DNA of 63,836 nt, filler included, from Octopus bimaculoides (taxonomy: Eukaryota): assembly GCF_001194135.2 (NCBI RefSeq). It is 4 parts of 4 records of this genome, joined end to end, with 100 filler letters (N's around TTAATTAATTAA, not from the genome) between each part and the next. Parts side by side here need not be neighbours in the genome. Positions count along the whole stretch, not along the records: positions 1 to 27,513 come from NC_069003.1; positions 27,614 to 58,748 come from NC_068985.1; 2 more parts are not named here. One strand, written 5' to 3'. Below, one piece after another: positions 21,172 to 32,955 of the stretch. Under the pieces are notes generated by a model, which saw only the letters and a list, made by a program, of their open reading frames with translations, ran no database searches and was not told the origin of the DNA. Within the stretch, counting starts at the first letter, position 1, and each line of letters opens with the position of its first letter. The translations under genes and the position numbers were made by a program.

Positions 21172-23177
21172 AGAACCAGTTGACAGAAGGGTCAGAAGTT
21201 TTGACTTACCAAGACAAAATCAGCATTGAACGAAGAGATAGTTTATTGTACCAATTCTACAAACAGAACATCTTCTGTGATGTGACTCTGGTGGTTGGTA
21301 AAACTCACATTCGAACACACAGTGTTATTTTGGTCTCTGCGTCCGAATATTTCCAAGGAATGTTTGCTTCCAGTTGCCAAGAAAGTAACAGCAAAATTAT
21401 CGATTACACAGACATGTTTGCAGATGCAGATGTCTTGAAGTCCATTATTGAATATATGTATACCGGGGAAATTTCTTTGAAGATAGATTCCATTGTCGAG
21501 GTGCTTCACGCCTCAGAATATTTTTTGTTAACAATGCTAAAATGGATTTGTTCAGAATTCCTGGCTTTAAATTTGAAGCCTTTAAATTCTCTGATGACTT
21601 GGAAACTTAGTCACTTGTACAACCTAAAACAATTGAAGGTAATCGTTGGTGCACTTTTAGAAGAAGTATTTTGTAGGGAAGTTGTTGAAAATACTGATAT
21701 GAGGCATTTTCCTGCCTTTTGTATCCAAGAACTGATCGATCACCAATCAGTATTTCGTTGGTCAAAACCTGAAGATATCATTTTCTTGATTACAAAGTGG
21801 TTAGGTGTAGATGATAACAGACGGATCAGTGCAAAGAAATTATTGCTGAACTATTTAGAAAAACGAGGATTTAACTCAATCTTATACAGAGTCAATAGAA
21901 TAACACAGCTGAAACCATTTTCTCATAATAATACTGGCTTTTCCAAAATGAATTCGGTGGAAATTAAAAATAATTTAAAACAAGAAAACAAATTTTTTCA
22001 ACGGCAGCAAGATACGTGGACTATTCTGATTGGTGAAAAATTGCTGCCAGAAGCAGTAAGTTTTTTCTGTGAAAAATCCCAAAATTGGATTGTTAAAACT
22101 CTTCCGAATCTCTCCGGTGTGCCACTCGGAATAGTTGATGGAAATTATTTAGTCTTGCATATTTCAGAACAGCTTGGTATTGAACTTGTGAATCTTACAA
22201 CACAGCGTAAGTATATTATTAGATCCACCGTGTTCTCTGATCTGCTTTCCGAATCAAGAACTCGTTCTGAAACATGTAAAATTGTATTTTATTGCTATTC
22301 CGGTAAAATATATGCAAATTTTATGAAGGTCTGTGAAAATCCAGTTAGATCATTGTGCCTTCGCATATTCAATTATAATATTATCAGTGATAATTGGAGC
22401 CAAATTGGCTCCCTCAGAGAAAATCTGAATACTTATTGTCATTTTGACAACTGTTCATTCTATTTTAGGGAATGGCATTTAATCATTCCTTTTGATGGAC
22501 ATTTATTCTTTGGAATCGGACTCCAGACAAGCCGAACACAGAACATTTCTGAAAGCACTCCAGTAGAAGTTGACTGTGACAAAGAGCAGATAATTTTAAT
22601 AAAATGTAACTTAAATAAAGTTATTTGTCATGTTTGGTGTACCAGAGTATTGAAGAATTTTGAATATTCTGGATTCTCGTCTGCTTTTATTTTGAAAAAC
22701 AGAATAATTTTTATAGAACCAGCTTCAGAACAGAAACTGTTTAATCCCAGTGACTTCTCTCGAACTATAGTAACTATAGAATGTTATTCTGTTGAATTAG
22801 AATCAAAGAACTGGATTCGAGAACGATTTAACATTCCTATTCCTGAAATGTCCTTCTTACCTCTCGATCTGTTTAAATTTACTAATGTGAAATTTCCTTC
22901 GTTTATTTCTAAGATTGTAGATCAAAAAATTGTTTTGGCAGTTCACAAAGCCCCTTACATATTTCAAATCTATGTATTCGATCTCTTAAGTTATAGTTGG
23001 ACCACTTTACCGCCATGCAATCTTCCTGCAGTATCACAGATAAAATTGTCGTACACAAGATCTTATAAACCAATCTGCCAGTTAGTGAAACATACTTCAG
23101 AAAAGAACTTGTTATTGACAAACAGCATACCTTTTCACTCCATCTCTCTTGGAGTAAAGCAAGATTCTGAATTGTAA
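21172..23177 (+). CDS. BTB/POZ-BACK protein with diverged Kelch-like C-terminus, paralogue of the 5278-7269 gene; main coding exon, start codon probably in an upstream exon
   Basis: Open frame 21174-23177 (665 aa from TTG at 21180). BTB motifs FCDVTLVVG..IRTHSVILVSASEYFQGMF..QES and IIEYMYTG. Strong acceptor TTTTTTTTCTTTCATTTCTCAG ends at 21171. In-frame stop at 21132; the first in-frame ATG (21360) is inside the BTB domain. Confidence 0.9.
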
Positions 23178-24059
23178 CATCTCAAACAATTACATCAAAG
23201 GAAGGTCATTTTAGCCATTCAAGAACAAAGGCAAAATATTGAATTCACTTTTGGTTATTTCTGAATATTACTGTTTACTATAGAGTATCAGGAAGTTTTG
23301 TTGCTCTTCTGCATCCTGGTCCTCAAACAATTTCACTGGAACTCCTTTTGTGTTAGTCACCAGATCAGAGAATGTGACAAAATTTTCACATTTATAATAG
23401 AATTAAGTTCTTGTGTTCTTAAATAACTAAAGTGATTCTTCCATGCTCTAACTGCAGATTGAATTACATGTTTTATTAACTCTGTGAATACAGAGTTCCT
23501 GACTGCCATTTAACCAAAATTTCTTGTGGTTCAAATTCCATCAAAGTTAACTGGGTTCATGAGATTAAAATCCAAATATTTTTTATCAAGTCAGCTACTC
23601 TACTTTCAGACGCAGAATATCGGTCCCAGCATATGCTGATTATGTTCAAAGGATTAATATATCAATCTCTGTAGCTAAAACTGAATTATATTTCCATAGA
23701 ACTCTTTTACAAATATGCCTGGTGGTATTCAACTTGAAAATGCATGTTATAAATTAAAATACTTCAATAAATAAATTTCAAACATTTTTCTTTATTTGCT
23801 GATGCAAACCATCATGAGCTAGAGTTACAGGTACATGGCATGAACTAGAAGTTAGGGTATTGGTCTCGTATACGGAGCTATACAGGTACAGCTAAGTATA
23901 CAACAATGACTTGGGGGTGAAGGTTATCTCTGTGACTGACTGGCACGCCATTTCAGGTGGAAACTTCTCTTAGCGTAAAGTCCTGAAAATCTGAATGAGC
24001 CCTGTAGTTTCAAAACAGTTTTTAAACAATTACAATTAATTATTTGATTCATTAAAAAG

Positions 24060-24260
24060 TGGTGAGCTGGAAGAATCACTGGTGCATTGGATAAATTCTG
24101 TTGCAGTATTTTTTCCGAGGTCTTTTACATTTTGAATTCAAATCCTAGCAAGGTCGACTTTGCTTTTATTCTTACAAAGTAGATAAAATAAAAACCAGTC
24201 AAGTACTGGGGTCAATGGTGTAGTCTAATCCCGTTTCCCTCAAAATGCGCTGACATTGTG
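24060..24260 (+). mobile_element. SINE family A, old copy
   Basis: GGTGAGCTGG...GAATTCAAATCC..AAGGTCGACTTTGC...AAGTACTGGGGTC. Confidence 0.7.
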
Positions 24261-27117
24261 TGTAAATTAAGTCATAATTATTCATTAAATAAAAGATATC
24301 ATGAATTAAATTTTATTGTTTTTGAAATTAAAATTTAATTTTAAAAGCATATGTTTAAAAAATTTTTAATGTATTTTCAAAATTTTAATTTTTTCTATTT
24401 AACTGTGATTATTAAATGCTATATTGATTTCTTTGAAATTTTACCAGATTCATACAAATTTTAGGCTTAATCCAGAATCATTATCAGTTTAATTCAGAAC
24501 AACTGTCAATTTTGCTGAGATTATCCATAGATGAGTCAGTTTAGCTTATCGGTTGCATAACATTACACTATTAGAAAAGTATTTTCCTGTTCTACTTAAA
24601 TGTGTTCTTGTGTCTGAATGGGGAATATTGTTTTTGAGAGGTAATATTTATCCTCACTTAAATGTTGATGTTCTGTTAGAACAAGATTTACTGCAATAGC
24701 TACTGAGAGAAATTCTCATATTGGCTTTTGGTGCAAAATGCATGCTTGTAGGGAGATAACCCCTCATCATTTCTAGTGCTGAGACCACCAGATCACATGA
24801 TTTTGACCTTTCTTGGTCTCGTCAATGCTGGACTCTCGACCACTAGAGACAGCAGTGACCCCTCTTCCCTCTGTTGGTATATAGCAAAACTGACAGAACA
24901 GGTGCTGTGGTTGTGATAAGCCAGCATGTAATGGTCATAGTTAAATAAATAGAAAAATACTTAAAATTATGAAAATGTATTTAAAATATATTTTTTATGG
25001 CAGAATTGTTAGAGTATTGGACACAAAGCCTTGCAGTATATGTACCTGCTTTTTATCTTCTTGCAGAAGCCAACTTTGTCTTTCATTGTTTCAGGGTTGT
25101 TAACATTAACAACAACTAAAGAAAAAAATCAAGTACCAAAACCTATGGAATTGACTAACCCATTCCTCTTAAAATTGTTGTTTTGTGTTTAAATCAAAAA
25201 CTGAGATTACCTCCTTTAACTCCTCTTTCAATCTTAACTGGTACATGGACTTCTTGATAGTGTCATCTCAACAGTAACTCTTTATTGCTAACCTTTTAAT
25301 ACTATTTTTTTTTTCTTTTTCATCATTACAAGACTTTACGTTGTTCTTTCACTGTGACTGATAAGGTAATGAAATGAGATGCTGGATAAAGTGAAATTGG
25401 TGGCATAGAAGTAAGAGCGGAAATATTTTCAAGCCAGAAACCTGGCCCAAATGCAAGCAATAAATTGGATCCTGGATTCTAAAAAGTGCTGAAGGTACTA
25501 GAGGGTTCTGTTAGACTTAACTCTGTTGCTCAGTACTGGAAGAGTATTTTTCATCACGGACAGGTGAATTTTGGAAAAGGGGCTTTGCAAGCGTACCAGA
25601 TTGATGGAAGAGCATTGAAGGGGAGTATATTTTGGATTAAAAAACAGCTTTATCGTTAATTTTGAAAAAATAAGAGGTATAAAAAATTCATTATTTATGG
25701 AATTACCCAATACTTACTGTTCTCCCAATATACTGGATTGGTATCGGTGGTGGTCATCGACCCATGAAAGGCAAAGTTGACTTTGGCGGGATTTGAACCC
25801 AGAATGTTGAGTTGGTACACATATGGTGTAAAGCATTGTATCTGATTCTCTAAGGGTTGTATCAATTTGCTGCTAATGTACCAAGTTTCACTTTTTGTCT
25901 GTGGGAAGTATCTGTAAAAGATTATCTGATATTCTCAATAGAGATTTTCTTTTCAAACCCATTTCCATGCTCGTCCATCAGAGCGATTAGGACCAGCTAG
26001 TCATCTTTAAGGATGACTGATGACTTGTGAGATGCTTCACTTTAAACAAAGTGAAAAAGTGTTGTGCACCGTCAAACACTATCTTGTCCATAACCATCTT
26101 TATTTACTCCAGTGGCAAGACCAAGTCAAGACGGTTAGGGTGGAGACAGATGCAGTGGGGGTAGGAAGGTGTCTTATTTGCTTCATCTTGCTCTCTGTAC
26201 TCCACAATGCGTTGCTGCAGCCACCCTCCCCTCCACTGAAACATGAAAGTTTCTTTACTGGCTCCATCGTATCACATCTTCACATGTATAGGATCGAGTC
26301 TTCACATGTGGGGAAGCCCTAATATGCTAATTAACCCAAGTGCACTGACAGGTGCTTCTACCCCGTGTCAGTGTAGATTTGGGAACAATAGAAGCATTCC
26401 TAGGTTGAGAGGTGGTTCCATGCTCCTTAAAATCCTGGAATTCCTGAACTAGGGCCCCATTTTCAGATGTAGTTTTTTAAGTCAATCTTACATAAATCAT
26501 TGAATCTGTGCCTTCGGACTTTCAATGTTTCCAAAACGGTTAATATGTCATTGTTACTCTGGATTGACTTGTGAAGCAAACTTGAAGAAACCATCTGAGC
26601 AATGACTTTATAGAAATCTGAACCCACAGTTTCAAATAAAACTCTTAGAGGTATCCTTTTTTTTTTTTATTTTTTTGTATTGCGAAATAATTGCTGAAGA
26701 TATATTCAGTTTTTTATTCTAAAATCTGTTTTCCTCTCTTTTAATCAATTATAATTTGAAGCTAGTGGATCGGCGTTTTCACCTGACCTGTTTTAGGTTT
26801 TCTATAGAATAGGTTGTGGGGTAAAAAAATTTAGCAGCTGCTTGACCGTGTTTACAATATCAGCATCGTTTTTCATTTCCATTGAAATAGATTGGCTTCA
26901 GTATAATGACCATCATAGCTTTTGCTGATAGACTGTTGTTTCTGGTCTACATCTCTTCATTTGAAAACATCCATATAGAGACTACTTCCCTCAGGCACAA
27001 GGTCAGTTTTAAGGGAGTTATAGACAATTTAACTATCTATTGCTGTTTAGCACCAAGTAAATTCTGAATAGACCTATGATTAAAAACACTTATTTAAGCC
27101 TAAAGACTTAAGTCAAT

Positions 27118-27378
27118 ATTACAAGCTTCAGATGGTGTAGATTCTGATTATATTGGAATATGTGATGAAAAATTTTTTTTCCAAGAGGAGGGTGAGGAGT
27201 TTTGGAAAAGTCACACGAGAAGGCTTTCTTTACTCGTAACTTTCAGAAAAATGGGCAATTTTTTCTGAAAGCTCATTCATAAGAATTTTCTGAAGCTCCT
27301 CTCCCCACTTACAGAAAACTTTTTCACAATAAATTCCAACATAATTGGAATCTACAATATCTGAAGCATATTTGTAGA
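27118..27378. mobile_element. decayed fold-back (MITE-like) element
   Basis: Left GCTTCAGATGGTGTAGATTCTGATTATATTGGAAT pairs imperfectly with right ATTCCAACATAATTGGAATCTACAATATCTGAAGC. Central hairpin CTTTCAGAAAAA...TTTTTCTGAAAG. Confidence 0.55.
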
Positions 27379-27469
27379 AAATTTCATTAAAACATATCCA
27401 TTTTTCTGGAAGTTATGAAGAAACAAAGTCGGTAGGTGGGGGACAAACATGTGTAGGAAAGCCTTATTG

Positions 27470-27513
<44 letters not shown>

Positions 27514-27613
27514 NNNNNNNNNNNNNNNNNNNNNNNNNNNNNNNNNNNNNNNNNNNNTTAATTAATTAANNNNNNNNNNNNNNNNNNNNNNNNNNNNNNN
27601 NNNNNNNNNNNNN
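27514..27613. other. artificial 100-nt scaffold spacer (44 N + TTAATTAATTAA + 44 N)
   Basis: Identical structure at 58749-58848 and 62137-62236. The 12-mer gives stop codons in all six frames. Confidence 0.92.
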
Positions 27614-28273
27614 ATATATACATACATTATATGTGTGTGTGTCTCAGTATGAGTATATAAGTGCTAGCGCACAAAACTCTCGAGGCTTGAACATATATCT
27701 GAACGCTGACATGTCAAATGCTGAGCTGCACTTACCAAAGTATGTTGTATTTGGGACTGCCAGGAGAGAAAGAACACATGGTGGAGTTACAACGTACATC
27801 CGGGGAGATCAGAAAAATAGAAGTATTAACCAGCCTAGATGACAAGTTTCACGTATTTCTTCTACCTCATGTCGAATAACCTGAGAGCCACCTTCTCTAA
27901 TGTATGTCAGTGCATAAATAGAAGCAAGCAGAGTCTCTTTTTGACCTTCAACAAATGGCGTATTAGATAATGCATTGAATAATGATTAGTTATATATGTA
28001 TAAATGATAAAATGGCGACAACTAGGGGAAACGGTTTGGATCATAGGCCTTTGTTGTAGATTAGGATTAACCTAGGGTTATGGATGACTTGTTACTTTGA
28101 AGAAACGTTGTATTCATGCGTGTGGATGGAGAAATGGTATTGCCGAGTATAGAAGTTATTTGGGAGGTCAAAAAGAGTAATTAGTAAGCAATGACGCGCA
28201 ACTGTTTATGAGTTCGTAAAGTCTATCGTCACGTTGTCTTATTGTACGAAAACACTACTAAAATTCTTTGGAT

Positions 28274-29214
28274 ATGAACGAAGAGTTGCAAGAAAAATAT
28301 CCAGTTATTCCAAAAGGTAAGAGCAAAAAGTTCAACTGTGTTAAAGATTTTTGTCCGCAAGTAAGATCAGAAGTGTTAGTCAATAATATGGCCCGACGAA
28401 AATAATTCTACCAATTTTTCAATTGGAAAAGTATTAGAATCACACCGACTCTGGATGTCAGATTTTGAAATCTCCTTGCCTTCATACTTATCACAAAATC
28501 ATTAAAGCAGAAAGAAATTCGTTCAAGAAATACGTTATGTGTGTCATTTTACTTATGTCTACATACTGATATTTTTAAATAGATTTTTGATCAACTGCAT
28601 TATGACCGGATCTAATTAACTCCAGAATTTCATGCAAATGTAGTTTTTCAGTTATCAAGATAATTTTTTTAGTTATTCAGTATGCTCATTTTATTTAATT
28701 ATCCCGGTTACAATGTTGTATAACACTGCTTAATAATCCTATTATGTATAATTGCTCATGTACAAAAGAATACATACTTTCCTAAGATCTAATACAACGA
28801 AGCTTAAATTATCTTCCGTAATTTTTGAAACATTGAAAATATTATTTGAATAGTAGACTTCATCTACCATCATGCTTATTTCTTGCGTGCATCTAGTTCA
28901 AGCCTTCACTGGTTTGAATTTGAATTTCTTGCTTCTTCCAAGCAGCAACCGAAGCCCCGAATAACCTGTAGAGCTGCTGCCGCTGTCCGTCTCTCTATGA
29001 CTAACTTATAAAACAAAAATTATTTAACTAATGTTCACCCCATCTGATGAGCTTTTTCAATAAGATTAGTGCTCTTCTAATTTGATATTTAATATGTTCG
29101 CTCTTAACTCTTCCTTGAGACTCTGTAGATGATGAATGTATTTGGATATTCTAAAATTTAATCCATGTATTTTCTGCAGGTCCAAGAAACTGGACTCATT
29201 ACTACAATGCTTAA
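28274..29214 (+). CDS. candidate two-exon smORF, 25 aa MNEELQEKYPVIPKGPRNWTHYYNA (exons 28274-28316 and 29180-29214)
   Basis: Strong donor AG|GTAAGA at 28317; acceptor TATTTTCTGCAG ending at 29179; phases are compatible. AATAAA at 29251 and YY1-like AAAATGGCG at 28009-28017. No homology recognised. Confidence 0.27.
28898..29004 (-). CDS. candidate terminal coding exon of an unidentified minus-strand gene (xSHRETDSGSSSTGYSGLRLLLGRSKKFKFKPVKA*)
   Basis: About 48% GC by hand count, in visibly AT-rich flanks. Acceptor TTTTTGTTTTATAAG at 29005, TGA at 28900-28898, and AATAAA on the minus strand at 28695-28690. Confidence 0.33.
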
Positions 29215-29899
29215 AAGTAGTTAGCGAATGTAGTATGCTCCGCGCTTTACAATAAATCTACCTGTTATAAATAGCAGTCAAACATTCCGTATACATCATA
29301 CTACCGCCTTAAAAAAGAGAAAGATGAGGTGGATAATGTAATATTAGAATTACAAAATGACGGGGCAGCCATGACTTGAATATTTTTGACTATGGGCCTC
29401 CTTGGTTCGATTGACCAAGGGCTAAATAACAACAAAAGTGACATGCTGAAATGTGCCACTTTCAATACAGCTGTATTTGAACTGAATTATTGCTGGAGCC
29501 CGGAGTCAGTTTTTACTCAGATAAGTTTGCCAAATGACAAAATAAAAATCAGCTCACCAGCTTTTCTGACATATATCTTTGAGGAACATACTGCACAAGC
29601 TAACATGCAATGATGAATCGTATGGGATACATTGTGACAGCCTGGTAAATATTTCTGGTAGCCACCACAGCGATCAAAGAAATGTGCACATGGTTGGTCA
29701 GAGACAGACAGTTGTCCTATCCCTATTTTATTGTTGGCGGTTTATATCCTAGTACAAAGCTTCAGGCTTATAAAACTATTGATGTTGCACTTATTTATGT
29801 GTATATATTTTGTTATATGTCTGGAAGAGATAAAGAGAGAGAGAAAGAGCCAGGGAGGGAGAGACAGAGAGAGAGAAGGAGATACTAATGTGCTGGTAT

Positions 29900-31800
29900 A
29901 TGATATATGAGCCTAGATTTTGTGACATGGTATATGTAGTGCCAAAGACTGTCGTGGCTGAAACATGCAGCGAGCAATGAAAAGTCCCAAGCAGACTGTC
30001 CAGATGGTCTTTCACGTGTATAAGTTTTGTTTCGTTGTGTAGGCGTTCTGTAAAAAGCTTACCGATATTATGATTCAAAGCACGTTATGCTCATTTGTGG
30101 TATATTATTATCGTCTGTTGTCCAGTTTTCCGGGCCCTATGGCGGACGTAATAAACTGAACGCCTTTGTTTTTGTTGCCTTCTTTTGGCAAAATGTGGCA
30201 CCTATGATTGATCTTAGCATGCTTAACCATCGATTTGCTTTCTTTAATAATCTATACGGTGCGTGGATATAGCGGAGTAGTTGTGTGTAACACCTAATAT
30301 GTTTATCTGCGTCTTTATTATTTTCTGTAGCATTTTAGTGTATTTCATGCTCTCTAGTGTTGCACGTACAAAGGCAGTCATGTGGCAAGTACAACGTTTT
30401 CAGTTGAGAAACCTGGTTTGTATGCAGTTTATGCGAGGTTGAAGTAATTGTGCAACATTATCTGTAGGATACTGGTAAGTGTGCCTGGCGCAGTGTAAAT
30501 ATTTTTGTGTAGTGTAGGAAGGTTGTGAAGGAAAAATTTGAAATAAAAGGATGCAATTTCAGGTTATGAAAGTGTTGATTTTGTACACTGCATATTCTTG
30601 GTTACTTGCCAGCATTTTTGTTGTTTAACATGATATTTTTCTCACAGTTGGAATATAACTACAATGGTTACGGGGAACAGGTGATATTTCTTTTTCTTGT
30701 GAAAAATATAGTATTTTCGTGTTAGGTTCCTGATTGTTGTTTTGTTGATCTTAATGAGCTAAATTCGTGTTGTGTCTACGAGTTTTGATGCGGGAATTAG
30801 TGATATTAAGGATTAGCATTTCTATGCCTTTGAGTCTGAGTTTTCGTCGAGTTGCTTTGCTTTTGCCCAGCCTTAGAATTCTGGGAAGTGAACAATATTG
30901 ATACAAATTGTAGATAATGCAAAGTTATTTCTTTAAGCCTTTGGTATTTTAAGCGCATGTTTGTAAATTGTTTTATCGAAGAATCCTTTGAGTTTTCAGC
31001 TTTCATTATTGATAGATGGGTATCTGAGAAAAAAGGAGTCAAAATCATAATCTAGATTGAAGATTCACATTTTCTCAATTTGTGTTCCTATGTTTTAGTG
31101 ATTTTTCAAGGCTTGTTTTCCAGATATATCTCATAAGTTCTTTTGTGGGCATATTATTTGAGATTACTGTGACATGTGGTATAGTGTGGTCCTTGTTGTT
31201 GATGATGCTATATTAATTTTTAATATTCGTTTCGAGGATTATATTCGACACCGATATTTTCCCGTTCTCCATTTGTCTATGGATTATATATTTTCGGAAT
31301 TTTCTTGTTTACTTATTTTTGATGCTGAGTTTTATTTCGGTTCTACTTTGTTTGATGCGTTGCGTTTGAAGTTATCGCTGGAATTTATGAGGCTGGCTAT
31401 TTCTGGTGTGCAGTCAGTGCCGTGATTTATGATGGCCTACGGGATATGTTTTGAGGAAGATCCTCTTATTATGATGTTGAATTATGTACTATAGTATCTA
31501 CGGTGGTGATGTTCAGTGTACGTATCGTAATATCAATAGCGATGGTGAGGTTGGTGTTGCAATATTCTAAAAACTTCAATTCTATTTCATAGGAAAGGAC
31601 TTTGATAATAGATGTTGATGCAGATCGTCAGCCTGCCCTTTCTGTCTGGGCAAAATTCTCGTTGGCATAATCCACAACCTTTAATTTGCAGATTTCATCA
31701 AAAATGAATTAGTTATTGAATTAAGTTTTGTACCAATGCTGGTGTTGGTTTTAACTCCTTTAAATATTGTCCTATGTTGCTTGTAAAGTTTCATTGTGTT
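29900..31800 (-). mobile_element. very decayed Penelope-like element relic
   Basis: Broken translations in the expected order: DKTIYKHALKIPKA*RNNFALSTICINIVHFPEF (N-terminal-like), then SILQIMLHNYFNLA*TAYKPGFSTENVVLAT*LPLYVQH (RT motif-B-like), then KINHRCHILPKEGNKNKGVQFI (thumb-like). Many stops. Confidence 0.35.
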
Positions 31801-31864
31801 ATTGCTATTCTTGTGAGAATTAGTAGAACCTTTTGCGGATGAATGGAGTTATGCTGACGAGTTA

Positions 31865-32690
31865 TGGTGGTGGTGGTGGTGGTGGTGGTGGGTTTGGGTA
31901 TGATGATGATGATGATGATGATGATGAGTGACAACGGCGATGACGATGATGATCAGAGGGAAGATGATGATGACGATGGGGAGGAGGAGGTGGGGGAGGA
32001 TGACGATGATGACGGTGGTGATCGCCTTAAGTAGTCGTAATACTAAGACATGTGATGCCGTAGTGTTGTCGCTGGTGGTTGTCTTTTAAGGATTTTCATT
32101 GGCAACACGTGAAGATATAATAGTGTTAGATTTGCTTTTAATACTGGAACCATTCTAATTATATTAATGATGATCATTATATTTTTTCGGAGGGGTTTTT
32201 AAAAAATAATTATTTGGCATCCGTTTGTGTAATTTCATTTGCAAATTCTTTGGAATTAAAGCAATCATGATTGGATTTGTATAATCAAAATATACAAAAA
32301 AAAACAACTAAACTAATAACTACGCAGACAAGAAAAAAGGCCATGAGGTTAATGAGGAGCAAGATTAAGAGAAGGTGGGGCGACGTACATGGTAGTGGTG
32401 GTGGTGGTGACGAGGAGGGGGTGGTGGTGTCAGGATGTTGAACATGATGATCATGATGATCATAGTGGTGGTGGTAGTGGTGATTATGATGACGACGATG
32501 ACGACGTCAACGATGACGCAAGCAACGGATAGAAAATGCGTATATATAGAAATGATGCATAAAGGGGAAGAAAGACTTTCGTATCTCAGCTTACAAAATT
32601 AAACAAAAAACGGTCAGTTAATAAAATATAGAGTAGTTGATTATTACAAAACAATGTATGAGAGTTTATATGTGTTTGCGCGCGTGTGTG

Positions 32691-32754
<64 letters not shown>

Positions 32755-32755
32755 A
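31865..32755. repeat. compound trinucleotide repeats (GGT)n, (GAT)n, (GAC)n, (GTA)n
   Basis: Direct reading. Confidence 0.9.
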
Positions 32756-32808
32756 GTCAGTGTATTGATACTCTGAGTTTCATCTGTTATGGCAGAGTCA
32801 TAACTTAC

Positions 32809-32854
32809 CTGGAGAACTTGTGCATCTACAGATGAAACTCAGAGTAGCAAGAGG
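32809..32854 (-). CDS. candidate 46-nt internal exon (PLATLSFICRCTSSP, phase 0 to 1) whose donor sits in a hairpin loop
   Basis: Acceptor TATTTTATTTGTGCCGATTCAG; perfect donor CAG|GTAAGT (GT at 32808). Only one frame is open, and it is phase-compatible with the 29004 exon. Confidence 0.35.
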
Positions 32855-32955
32855 CTGAATCGGCACAAATAAAATATTAATCTTTGCTCTGGCATCGAAT
32901 GCTCTCTTTTACCACAGTCAGCACTAAATAGATATATATCATAATAATAATAATA

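Noticed and set aside
23163-23177. C-terminal DSEL as an ER-retention signal
   Set aside because: The protein has no signal peptide and is predicted to be cytosolic. At most a possible class I PDZ-binding tail, unsupported.
26020-26452. 100-aa and 69-aa ORFs in a GC-elevated patch
   Set aside because: No domain similarity, splice context or codon evidence; probably an unrecognised decayed repeat.
32800-32815. U1 snRNA 5' end (ACTTACCTGG)
   Set aside because: The downstream sequence does not follow U1; better explained as the reverse complement of a 5' splice site.
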